DNA of 64,000 bases from Candidatus Harrisonbacteria bacterium. GTDB lineage: Bacteria; Patescibacteriota; Minisyncoccia; UBA6257; 1-14-0-10-40-38. Both the position numbers and the translations under genes were made by a program. The DNA lies in assembly GCA_023245035.1 (NCBI GenBank), contig JAHFLD010000002.1, forward strand, positions 131,517-195,516. The letters are read 5' to 3'. The notes below the pieces were generated by a model. The model worked only from the letters and a program-made list of their open reading frames with translations. It searched no databases and was not told the DNA's origin. Shown piece after piece: positions 16,481 through 25,200 of the stretch; the first letter of the stretch is position 1, and each line of letters starts with the position of its first letter.

Positions 16481-18664
16481 TTATTTTTCCGGCCAGGCGG
16501 ATTCAACGAGGAGGTTTTTTTCGCCAAGCAAGGGCGCGAGACTTTCGGTGATGAAGGGCATAAACGGATGGAGAAGGCGCAGACAGGCTTTAAGGCAATA
16601 ACGCAAAAGATAGCGAGTGTTTTCGGCTTGAGAAGGGTCTTTGAGTTGATTTTTGCTTGCCTCCAGATACTTATCAGCCAGTTCATGCCAAATAAAATCG
16701 TAGATGCCTTGCGCCGCCTCGTTGAAACGAAAGTCCTCTAAATTTTGGGTGACTAACTTGATAGTGGTCTCTAGACTGGCGAGAATCGCCTTGTCCGCCT
16801 CTGTTTCCGATGCGGATTGCTTTTGACTAACTTCGTCCGGAGCATTGGTAAGGACAAAGCGGGCGATGTTCCAGATCTTGTTAGCAAAGTTCTTCATACC
16901 GCGAACTCTAGCCTCATCAAAAGCCATATCGGTTCCGGCGGAGTTGCCGTAGATAAGCGCGAAACGCAGGGCGTCGGTGCCGTATTTTTTGATGATATCC
17001 AAGGGATCAATCACATTGCCCTTGCTCTTGCTCATTTTTTGGCGCTCGGGGTCGCGAACGATGCCGTGAAGATAAACAACGGGAAAGGGAAGCTGACCAA
17101 GGAGCGCGCCAGACATTAGAATCATGCGCGCCACCCAGAAGAAAAGAATGTCATAGCCGGTTTCCAAGAGCGCGTTTGGATGATACTTCTTAAAATCCGG
17201 GGTTTCTTCCGGCCAGCCCAGAGTGGAAAAAGTCCAGAGCGCCGAGGAGAACCAGGTGTCCAAAGTGTCCGGATCTTGAGTCCAACCATCGCCCGAAGGA
17301 GCGGAAATTTCGCAATAAACTTCTTGGTCGCGATACCAGACGGGAATCCGGTGGCCAAAAATAATCTGGCGCGAGATGCACCAGTCTTCTAAATTATCTA
17401 TCCAGTGAAAATAAGTTTTAGCGAAGTGCTCCGGAATGATTTTGACCTGACCGGATTCCACCGTGTGGCGCAATAATTGCTTGAGGGTTATTTTGCTTCC
17501 TGCCTCGAGGCCGCGAATTTCCGAATGTTCGAGAGTGAAGGGGCGATTAACGCCGACAAACCATTGTTCGCGAATCTGCGGCTCAATAACACCGCCGCCG
17601 CGGCTGTTGACCGCGACTCGATGGATATATTTCTCGTCGATCTTTTCTACCAGCCCTTTGGATTCCAGCTTGGCAACGATTAGCTGGCGAGCTTTAGAAA
17701 TATGCTGGCCGGCAAATTCACCGGCAATCGGCAGAAGTTTGCCCTGCAGATCTATAACCGAGTCCTTGTCTAAGGAGTGGCGCTCGGCAATCGCGTAATC
17801 AGCGGCGTCGTGCGCCGGAGTAATTGTCATCACACCGGTGCCAAATTCCATATCCACGGCATCGTCTTTAATAATTGTTGCCGTGATCGGCCCGTTAATC
17901 CACTCCACTTCTATTTTTTGGCCATGTTTATATTTGGCGTAGCGCTCGTCTTTGGGGTGCATGACCACGTACTTGTCGCCGAACTTAGTTTCGGGGCGCG
18001 CGGTGGCGATTACAAACGGTCCATAGCGTAGATAATAGAAGGGGGTGACTTCTTCCCGCCATTCGATTTCTTCATCGGAGACGTTGGTCTGAAGTTTTGG
18101 ATCCCAGTTGACCAGGCGAGTACCGCGGTAAATAAGCCCCATCTTATAGAGGCGGGAAAAGGCGGTGCGGACGGTGAAACTGCGCTTGTCGTCCAGTGTA
18201 TAAGCAAGATGATCCCAATCACAGCTGGCGCCAAGCGTTCGGAGTTGGCTCAAGATGGCGCTTTGTGAATTGGCCGCGTAGTCTTCTACCATTTTCAGAA
18301 AATCCTCGCGGGAAAAATCGCGGCGGGTCTTCTTTTCTTTTTTATACAGCTCGGCTTCCACTTTGGCCTGCGTGGCGATCGCGGCGTGGTCGGTGCCGGG
18401 AATGTAGAGGGTGTCGTAGCCCTGCATTCGCCGAAAACGAATAATAATATCCTGAATGGCGATAGTGAGCGCGTGACCGAGGTGGAGAACGCCGGTGACG
18501 TTGGCCGGTGGGAAGACCACGGCAAAAGGCTTGCCTTTTCCGCGCGGTTTAAAAGCGCCGTCTTTTTGCCAGCGCTCTAAAATCTTTGGTTCATTTAGGG
18601 TCGGATCGTAGGGCTTAAGGAGATCGGAGATGTCCATGATGTTGGCTTTGTTGCTAAATATCAT
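16481..18664 (-). CDS. valS: valyl-tRNA synthetase (short form)
   Basis: PPANVTGVLHLGHA (HIGH region) and KMSKSKGN (KMSKS). 727 aa, so it appears to lack the long C-terminal coiled-coil. An alternative start lies at 18637. Confidence 0.85.
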   Translation of the reverse strand: MIFSNKANIMDISDLLKPYDPTLNEPKILERWQKDGAFKPRGKGKPFAVVFPPANVTGVLHLGHALTIAIQDIIIRFRRMQGYDTLYIPGTDHAAIATQAKVEAELYKKEKKTRRDFSREDFLKMVEDYAANSQSAILSQLRTLGASCDWDHLAYTLDDKRSFTVRTAFSRLYKMGLIYRGTRLVNWDPKLQTNVSDEEIEWREEVTPFYYLRYGPFVIATARPETKFGDKYVVMHPKDERYAKYKHGQKIEVEWINGPITATIIKDDAVDMEFGTGVMTITPAHDAADYAIAERHSLDKDSVIDLQGKLLPIAGEFAGQHISKARQLIVAKLESKGLVEKIDEKYIHRVAVNSRGGGVIEPQIREQWFVGVNRPFTLEHSEIRGLEAGSKITLKQLLRHTVESGQVKIIPEHFAKTYFHWIDNLEDWCISRQIIFGHRIPVWYRDQEVYCEISAPSGDGWTQDPDTLDTWFSSALWTFSTLGWPEETPDFKKYHPNALLETGYDILFFWVARMILMSGALLGQLPFPVVYLHGIVRDPERQKMSKSKGNVIDPLDIIKKYGTDALRFALIYGNSAGTDMAFDEARVRGMKNFANKIWNIARFVLTNAPDEVSQKQSASETEADKAILASLETTIKLVTQNLEDFRFNEAAQGIYDFIWHELADKYLEASKNQLKDPSQAENTRYLLRYCLKACLRLLHPFMPFITESLAPLLGEKNLLVESAWPEK

Positions 18665-18666
18665 TC

Positions 18667-18742
18667 TGGAGCCACCTCCCGGAGTCGAACCGGGGACCTC
18701 TACTTTACGAAAGTATTGCTCTACCAGCTGAGCTAAGGTGGC
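18667..18742 (-). tRNA. tRNA-Thr (anticodon CGT), CCA encoded
   Basis: The reverse complement folds as GCCACCT...AGGTGGC with anticodon loop TTCGTAA, T-arm CCGGTTCGACTCCGG, and then TCCA. Confidence 0.8.
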
Positions 18743-18812
18743 GAGTGGCTTTTGTCTCGGAGTGCGAACCGGAAAAGTATACCAAGCAAAGACGCCTCAG
18801 GCAAACTCGATA

Positions 18813-18841
18813 TTGTCAAGAAGATGGGTGCGTGGCATACT
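18813..18841 (+). promoter_or_regulatory. promoter of prfB (TTGTCA-17nt-CATACT)
   Basis: The -10 element ends only about 10 nt before the ATG at 18852, which implies a leaderless or near-leaderless mRNA. Confidence 0.5.
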
Positions 18842-18851
18842 TTCTATCACT

Positions 18852-19589
18852 ATGTTTCAAGCACTTACTGGAAAATATGACGCTTATCCGGCTCACCTTT
18901 CGATTTATGCCGGAGCCGGTGGCGATGATGCCAAGGATTGGGCCAACATGCTTTTTGCCATGTATGCCAAGTACGCGGCGCGGCGCGGCTGGAAGCTAAC
19001 ACAGACCGATGACCGCGCCATGGAGTTGCGCGGGGAGTTTACCTATGGAACGTTAAAAAAGGAACAAGGAGTCCATCGTTTGGTGCGGATTTCGCCGTTT
19101 TCGTCCAAAAAATTGCGACATACTTCCTTCGCCTTAGTGGAGGTGACGCCGGTCTTGCCCGAGACGCATTTTAGAGATTTTGTGATTCGTCCCGAGGATA
19201 TCAAACTTGAGACTGCCCGCTCGTCGGGACCAGGAGGACAAAACGTGAATAAGCGGGAGACCGCGGTACGCGTGGTTCATATTCCAACCGGCATCGCGGC
19301 GGCCTCGCAGGCCGAGAGATCGCAGGGGCAAAATCGGGAGAAGGCGATGTCGCTTCTAAAATCAAAACTTTTTCAACTTTTAGAGACTAGCGAGAAGAAA
19401 ACTTTGGCTGATTTGCGAACCAAGGTGAAGCCGGAATGGGGCAATCAAATTCGTTCTTATGTTTTACATCCCTACCAATTAGTGAAAGACCATCGGACGG
19501 GAGTGGAGACCGGAAAGGTGGAGGCGGTGTTGGAAGGCGACTTGGATAAGTTTATTGAAGGGGAGTTGGGGACTAGTGGTAGCGTTTAG
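18852..19589 (+). CDS. prfB: peptide chain release factor 2, domain-1-less form (no programmed frameshift)
   Basis: SPF motif ([10 protein letters not shown]) and GGQ ([11 protein letters not shown]). Its N-terminus ([34 protein letters not shown]) aligns to about residue 118 of E. coli RF2. The tRNA-Thr gene directly upstream leaves no room for a domain 1. Confidence 0.75.
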   Translation: MFQALTGKYDAYPAHLSIYAGAGGDDAKDWANMLFAMYAKYAARRGWKLTQTDDRAMELRGEFTYGTLKKEQGVHRLVRISPFSSKKLRHTSFALVEVTPVLPETHFRDFVIRPEDIKLETARSSGPGGQNVNKRETAVRVVHIPTGIAAASQAERSQGQNREKAMSLLKSKLFQLLETSEKKTLADLRTKVKPEWGNQIRSYVLHPYQLVKDHRTGVETGKVEAVLEGDLDKFIEGELGTSGSV

Positions 19590-19776
19590 CGTAAAGCGAT
19601 TAGGTGGCTCGGACTCTTCTTTGGCGGGGACCGGCTTTGATTTTTTTCCGGCGAAAAATCAAGCCTTTCTCTCGCGCTTCCCAATTCCTGACGGAATACC
19701 AAGCTGCGAAGCGCTCCGAGAGCTCCCGCCTGTTCGGCGGGCAGGCCCCGCACAAAGAAGAGTCCTCGCTGGTTGG
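19581..19776 (+). repeat. R3 hairpin element copy 2 (starts at the prfB stop: AGCGTTTAGCG...GGTGGCTCGGACTCTTC)
   Basis: About 90% identical to 12255-12419 over roughly 170 nt. Confidence 0.7.
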
Positions 19777-19849
19777 CGGTGGGAAAATCAAAACTTATCT
19801 TTTTCCTGCTCTTGTTTAGACCAATCTGCTATAATGGTAAGCGTCTGCT

Positions 19850-20533
19850 ATGATCTCCTTTCATAATATTTGGAAAGTTTACGGCAAGCATGCTCCGGCG
19901 CTGGAGGATGTTAGTCTTAAAATAGAAGACGGGGAGTTTGTTTCGATCGTGGGGCGCTCGGGTGCCGGAAAATCTACGCTTATTAAGATGCTGATTGGCG
20001 AGGAAAAGCCGACTAAGGGGCGAATCGTGGTCGGCGACTATGAGGTTAATAAGCTAAAGCCAAAGGAGTTGCCTAATTTTCGGCGCAATATCGGCATCGT
20101 TTTTCAGGATTTTAAGCTGATCCAGACCAAGAATGTTTATGAGAACATTGCTTTTGCCTTGGAGGTTGAAGGTCGTCCACAGAAGGAGATAAATGACTTG
20201 GTGCCGCGAGTGTTGGAGATGGTGGGGCTGACCGATAAGCGATATAATTTTATCAACGAGCTCTCTGGCGGGGAAAAACAGCGGGTCGCCATTGCTCGGG
20301 CGGTGATTCACCACCCGTCGGTGATGATTGCCGACGAGCCAACCGGCAATTTGGATGACGTTAATACCGCCGAAATTATCCGGCTGATATTAAAGATAAA
20401 CGAACTGGGTACGACGGTAATCTTAGCGACGCACAATCGGGGGGTGGTAGACGGATTACATCGGCGGGTGGTCAGCATTTCGGCCGGTAAGATCGCCAGC
20501 GATGAAAAAAAAGGCAAGTATATAGTCTTCTAA
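19850..20533 (+). CDS. ftsE: cell-division ATP-binding protein FtsE
   Basis: Walker A GRSGAGKST, ABC signature LSGGEKQR and Walker B IADEPTGNLD. 227 aa. Confidence 0.85.
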   Translation: MISFHNIWKVYGKHAPALEDVSLKIEDGEFVSIVGRSGAGKSTLIKMLIGEEKPTKGRIVVGDYEVNKLKPKELPNFRRNIGIVFQDFKLIQTKNVYENIAFALEVEGRPQKEINDLVPRVLEMVGLTDKRYNFINELSGGEKQRVAIARAVIHHPSVMIADEPTGNLDDVNTAEIIRLILKINELGTTVILATHNRGVVDGLHRRVVSISAGKIASDEKKGKYIVF

Positions 20534-20537
20534 CCAA

Positions 20538-21446
20538 ATGTTCACCACACTGTCACGGATTATTAAATATGGCTTGCAGGTTTTCCGGCGAAATGGCTGG
20601 GTTACCGCCAGTACGATTGTGGTGATGGTTTTGGCGTTGATGGTTTTTGAGGGGCTGATTCTTTTTGGAGTACTTACTCAAAAGGCGGTTGTTGAATTGG
20701 AGGATAAGATTGATATTAGCGTTTATTACAAGCAAGGCGCTCCCGAGGACGAAATTTTGAAAATGGCACGGGCGGTGGAAAAACTGCCGGAGGTTAAAAA
20801 GGTGGACTATGTGTCGCGCGAGAAGGCCCTGGAAATTTTTAAGGAGAACCACAAGGGCGACGCAACCATCGGGCAGGCTTTGGAAAATTTGGATGATAAC
20901 CCGCTTTTAGCTTCAATTAATGTTAAGGCTAATAATCCGGAAGAGTATGCCGCTATTGCCGCTTATTTGGGGAACGGGAATTTTCAATCAATTATTCAAA
21001 AAATAACTTACGCGCAGAGCCAGACCGCGATAGATCGGCTAGTGAGGTTGGTTAACACGCTAAAGCGTGCCGGATTTTTTGCCACGGTCTTTTTGGCCGC
21101 CACCGCGGCGCTCGTGACATTCAACACGATTAGACTGGCGATTTATTCCAATCGCGAGGAAATCGGCATTATGCGCTTGGTGGGCGCGTCTAATGTTTTT
21201 ATAAACGGGCCGTATGTTATTCAGGGAATCATGATTGGTCTCGCGGCGGCGATTTTTTCCGTGCTTTTGACCATTCCCATCATCAATGCCAGTTCCGGAT
21301 ATATTAACGTTTTTATTCCCGGAAGTAATTTTGACCAGTATTTCGCGAGCAATGTTCTGGTGCTTCTGCTGTATCAATTATTGTTTGGCTTATTCTTGGG
21401 AGTTGTTTCCAGCACAATCGCGGTGAGGAAGTATTTGAAATTGTAG
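20538..21446 (+). CDS. ftsX: cell-division permease FtsX
   Basis: Immediately follows ftsE. FtsX topology, with TM1, a large extracytoplasmic loop and three C-terminal TMs. Confidence 0.8.
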   Translation: MFTTLSRIIKYGLQVFRRNGWVTASTIVVMVLALMVFEGLILFGVLTQKAVVELEDKIDISVYYKQGAPEDEILKMARAVEKLPEVKKVDYVSREKALEIFKENHKGDATIGQALENLDDNPLLASINVKANNPEEYAAIAAYLGNGNFQSIIQKITYAQSQTAIDRLVRLVNTLKRAGFFATVFLAATAALVTFNTIRLAIYSNREEIGIMRLVGASNVFINGPYVIQGIMIGLAAAIFSVLLTIPIINASSGYINVFIPGSNFDQYFASNVLVLLLYQLLFGLFLGVVSSTIAVRKYLKL

Positions 21447-21448
21447 CA

Positions 21449-21675
21449 CAGCGTTTAGCGGTCAGGTGGCTCGAACTTTTGTATTTTGGGAACCGCGGTT
21501 CGTTCTTTTCCGGCGAAGGGGCTCGGGCTCTTGGGTTTTGCAAACCGTGGTAGAAAATTTCCCGCGAATTTTCTCCATTTCCTCTCACTCTAACTATTCC
21601 AGCACTAGCTGGAAGCCAAGCTAGTTAGAGTTGCGAGAGCTTTGCAAAACCCAAGAGTCCTCGCTGTTGGAAATA
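21449..21675 (+). repeat. R3 variant (starts at the ftsX stop with the same AGCGTTTAGCGGTCAGGTGGCTCGAAC head; tail ...CCAAGAGTCCTCGCTGTTGGAAAT)
   Basis: The head and tail match copies 1 and 2. The middle has diverged but is still hairpin-rich. Confidence 0.55.
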
Positions 21676-22213
21676 GCGTTTAGGGTTCAGGGTAAATGGT
21701 TTAGGGTGAGTGTAAAATTGAGTGCTGATCTCGACGGGTTTACTTGTATTTTTTGGGTTGAGCATATAAAAAATCCCCACAACTTTTTGGGTCGTGGGGT
21801 TGGTGGAGAAACAGGCTAAGCCAAGTTCTTTTTAAGGAACAGGTTGCTCATAGTCTCACCACCGGGAAGTTGAATGAGTGCGGGGAAACATATCAACATT
21901 AGTTCTCTTAAAAAACACTCCATCGAAAGTCTCTCCGCACTCATGGGTCAGAATCCCGCAAAGACATGTTTTCACTCGCCTTTGCGGGAGGTGGCTAAGA
22001 CACGCGGTCAGAAGTCCATTTAGGACAAGCTTGCTCTAGTCTTCGCCACTTAATTAGGTTGTGAAGGTAGGGCGCGGGAATGAGAAAACAGATGTTTCTA
22101 AGTTTTAATCACTCAATTCATGAGTTGTTTTTAAACAACCGGCAACTAGTCTTCCCATTCCCGCGGGAACTAAATATAACTTGATAGGTGTTTGCTGTCA
22201 AATTAATTATTTT

Positions 22214-25200
22214 TTACCGCGAACAGACCGAGTTTAGTTTGGCGCGGGTGCGTCCGCCAACCAAGCCGTAGCCGGTGCTAAAGGGAGTTCCGGAGGAGAC
22301 GATGCCATATCTGGCTTGAAAACTTTTAACCGATATTTCGGTAAATCTACCAAAATAGCCGGTTGGCGTGCCGAGAAACAGACCTTCGTTTTTTAAACAG
22401 GATTGCAGGCTGGTTACCTCGCCGCCGGATATTCCGCGATAGAGAAGAGTGGTAAATGTCGCGGAGGGCGGGGGCGTTGCGTTTTGAGTGACAACGGTGG
22501 AGGCGGTTTCGGAGTAGGACGAGTCGCCACCGGCGTTATAGGCGCGGAGACGATAGTAGACCGTAAAGGGATAGCGATCCGCGAAATACTTGGGAGCGAA
22601 GAGGCGGTACCAGTAATCTCGGCGAGCAAAACTGTCGGCTTGGGTAAAATTCAGACCATCAAAACTTTGTTCAACTTTGAAGCCATCAATATGGGCTCGA
22701 TCGGCGTGTTCCCAGGTAATCCGAACTCGGGCGTCGCTTAGGGTCTCTGCCTTCAGATTAAATGGCCGCGCGGGCGCGACCGGTATCGGCGGTACGGTGT
22801 TTGTATTGGTAACGGCCGAAGCAATATTGGAGTAGTCGCTAACCGAGCCACCGGCGAAGGCGAGAATTCGATAATAGTGCTGGACGTCGGTTATTACGTT
22901 CAGATCATTCCAGGCGATGGAGTTCCCGGGAATAGTATCCGCCAAAACCCAGCCGGAGGTCGGGCCAACGAGACTCCGCTCGATTATAAAACCGCTTTCG
23001 TTGTTGGCGTTGTCCGTCCAGTTAAGAGTGATGCGATGCGGGGCCATCGGCGTGGCGACAAGATTGGAAGGAGTTCCGTAGGCGGTTTGGCTTGGCGGAG
23101 GTGGAGGGGGTTGAATTGGCGGGGTAACCGGTATGAATGGCGGGATTGGGGGCGGAACTATCGGTGGTGTGGGCGGGTTGCCGCCAGGACCACTGCCGCC
23201 GCCGCCACTGGGCGACGACGGAGTGACTGCCGTTGCCTGGTTGGAATAGGAAGAAGTATCGGCGGAGTTATAGGCCACCGCTCGGTAGGTATAGGAGGTT
23301 CCGGGAGTGAGCGGTGAATCGTCAAAAGTATGAATGGTATAAGAGAGATTAACCACTTGAACGAAATTGCCGCCAATCAATCGCTCAACAACAACCCGAG
23401 TCGTGGCTAACTCGGAGGCGCTTAATCCGGCAGAGTCAAACTGCCAGGAGAGACGGAGAGTGTTTGGATTAATCGGAGAGGCGGTAAGCGCGGTCGGGGT
23501 CGCGGGTGGGTTACCTGACTGAATAATTCCGCCGCCGCCACTACCGCTTTGCGGGGTAACGGCGCTAGCGGTGTTGGAGTATGGCGAGTCGCCAACGGCA
23601 TTGGTGGCGCGAACTCGGTAGGTGTAGAGAGTTCCGGCGGTGCGTCCGGAATCAAAATAACTGGTGGAGTTTGCCGGAGATATCGCAATCTCGCTAAAAT
23701 TGCCGGCGCCAACTCGGCGTTCGATTTTAAAGCCAGTTTCATTATTAGAATTATCAGCCCAGGCAATGCTAATCGCGTTGGAATTGACCGCGGTAGCAGT
23801 AAGTCCCGATGGTTGCGCCGGAATAGTTGCCGGCGGCGGAGTCGCCGGAGTGGTTACCGAAGCGATGTTGGAATAGCCGGAATTACCGCCGAGGTTGTAG
23901 GCGAGTAAGCGATAGTCATAACTGGTTGAGGGTAAAACAGAGGTGTCGGCATAAGTTACGGTATCCGGCGGGCGAGTTACCAACTGGCTAAAGGCGCCAC
24001 CGCTTAAGCGGCGTTCAATAATAAATCCCTGTTCGGTCGCGGAGACATCATTCCAAACCAAATTAACCGTGGTTGGGTTTAAGGCGCTGGCCGAAAGTCC
24101 GGTTGGATTTTCCGGCGGAGGCGTTGGGTTGTTGTTGGGCGTAGTGATGGAAACCGGATTGGTATAGGCCGAAACGCCAACGGTGTTGAAGGCCGCAACC
24201 TTGTAGAAGTAGGTGGTGTTTGGCGTGAGACCGGTATCGGTATAACTAGTGGTGTTGGCCGGAGGATTTATTGGAATCTCAACATAAGTGCCGTTTAGCG
24301 TCGGGCTGCGGCGAATAATGAAGCCGTCTTCGTTGGAGGCGTTGTCGGTCCACAAGAGAATTACCGTGGTTGGATTTGAGGCGCTCAATTGCAAGTTAGA
24401 GGGAGCGTTGGGGATTGTTGGCGGACTTTGAGTGGTGGCGCTCGCGTTATTGGAATAACCAGAGTCGCCGGCGTTGTTGGTGGCTCGAACGCGATATTCG
24501 TAAGCGGTGCTCGCGCTAAGCCCGGTGTCGCCGTAAGAGGTCGCGTTGGCGCCAGTTAGAGCTATCTGACTAAAAGTTCCGCCGGAGAGGAGGCGGCGCT
24601 CAACCTTGAAGCCGGTTTCGTCGCTAGAGTTATCGGTCCAGGAAAGATTGATTTGGGTGGTGCTTGGAGAGTTGCCGCTTAGTCCACTCGGGGCATTGGG
24701 CGGGTTTACTGGAGGAGGCGGGGGAGGTGAACCACCGCCATCGTAATAGTGAGCTAAAAAGTTCATTACCGGATAAAGAGTTATCTGAACCTTGCCGCGA
24801 GTTTTGTCTTCGGTTCCGGGATACTGACTACTGCGACAAGTTTGGGCAAAATAACTGGCGGCGCTATTTTTATCCACCGGCACATTCGGATCGTTGTAGC
24901 CCCACTTGGTTCCTTCATCAAAAAGTTGAGTCAGCAGGGACAGATATTGGGTGTCGCCGGTTAATTCCTGATAGTAGGCGAGGGCGGCGGCGAGGTTCAT
25001 GGCGTCAACTTGCGACGGCGTGCCGCTGGTTCCGGTGGAGTTGTGAATATAGATTTGCTCCAGCGGAGAATAACTATTCGCGGGTCCGGTGCCGCCGGTC
25101 AAACCATGTTGAGCCTCAAAGGCCGCCATGCGACCGAATAATTGCAGAAGCGCCGAATTGTTTAAACTGGCGGCGCGATAGGCCAACATGGCGCCCGACA

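Noticed and set aside
18738-18851. GTG-initiated 38-aa N-terminal extension of prfB, and a search for the canonical RF2 +1 frameshift site
   Set aside because: The extension overlaps the antisense tRNA-Thr and contains the gene's own promoter. No CUU-UGA-type shift site or upstream domain-1 coding sequence exists.
12250-21700. Considered whether the R3 copies could be a CRISPR array or rRNA/tRNA fragments
   Set aside because: The copies are about 170 nt long, 7-30 kb apart and always after stop codons. There is no short-repeat/spacer periodicity and no tRNA cloverleaf.
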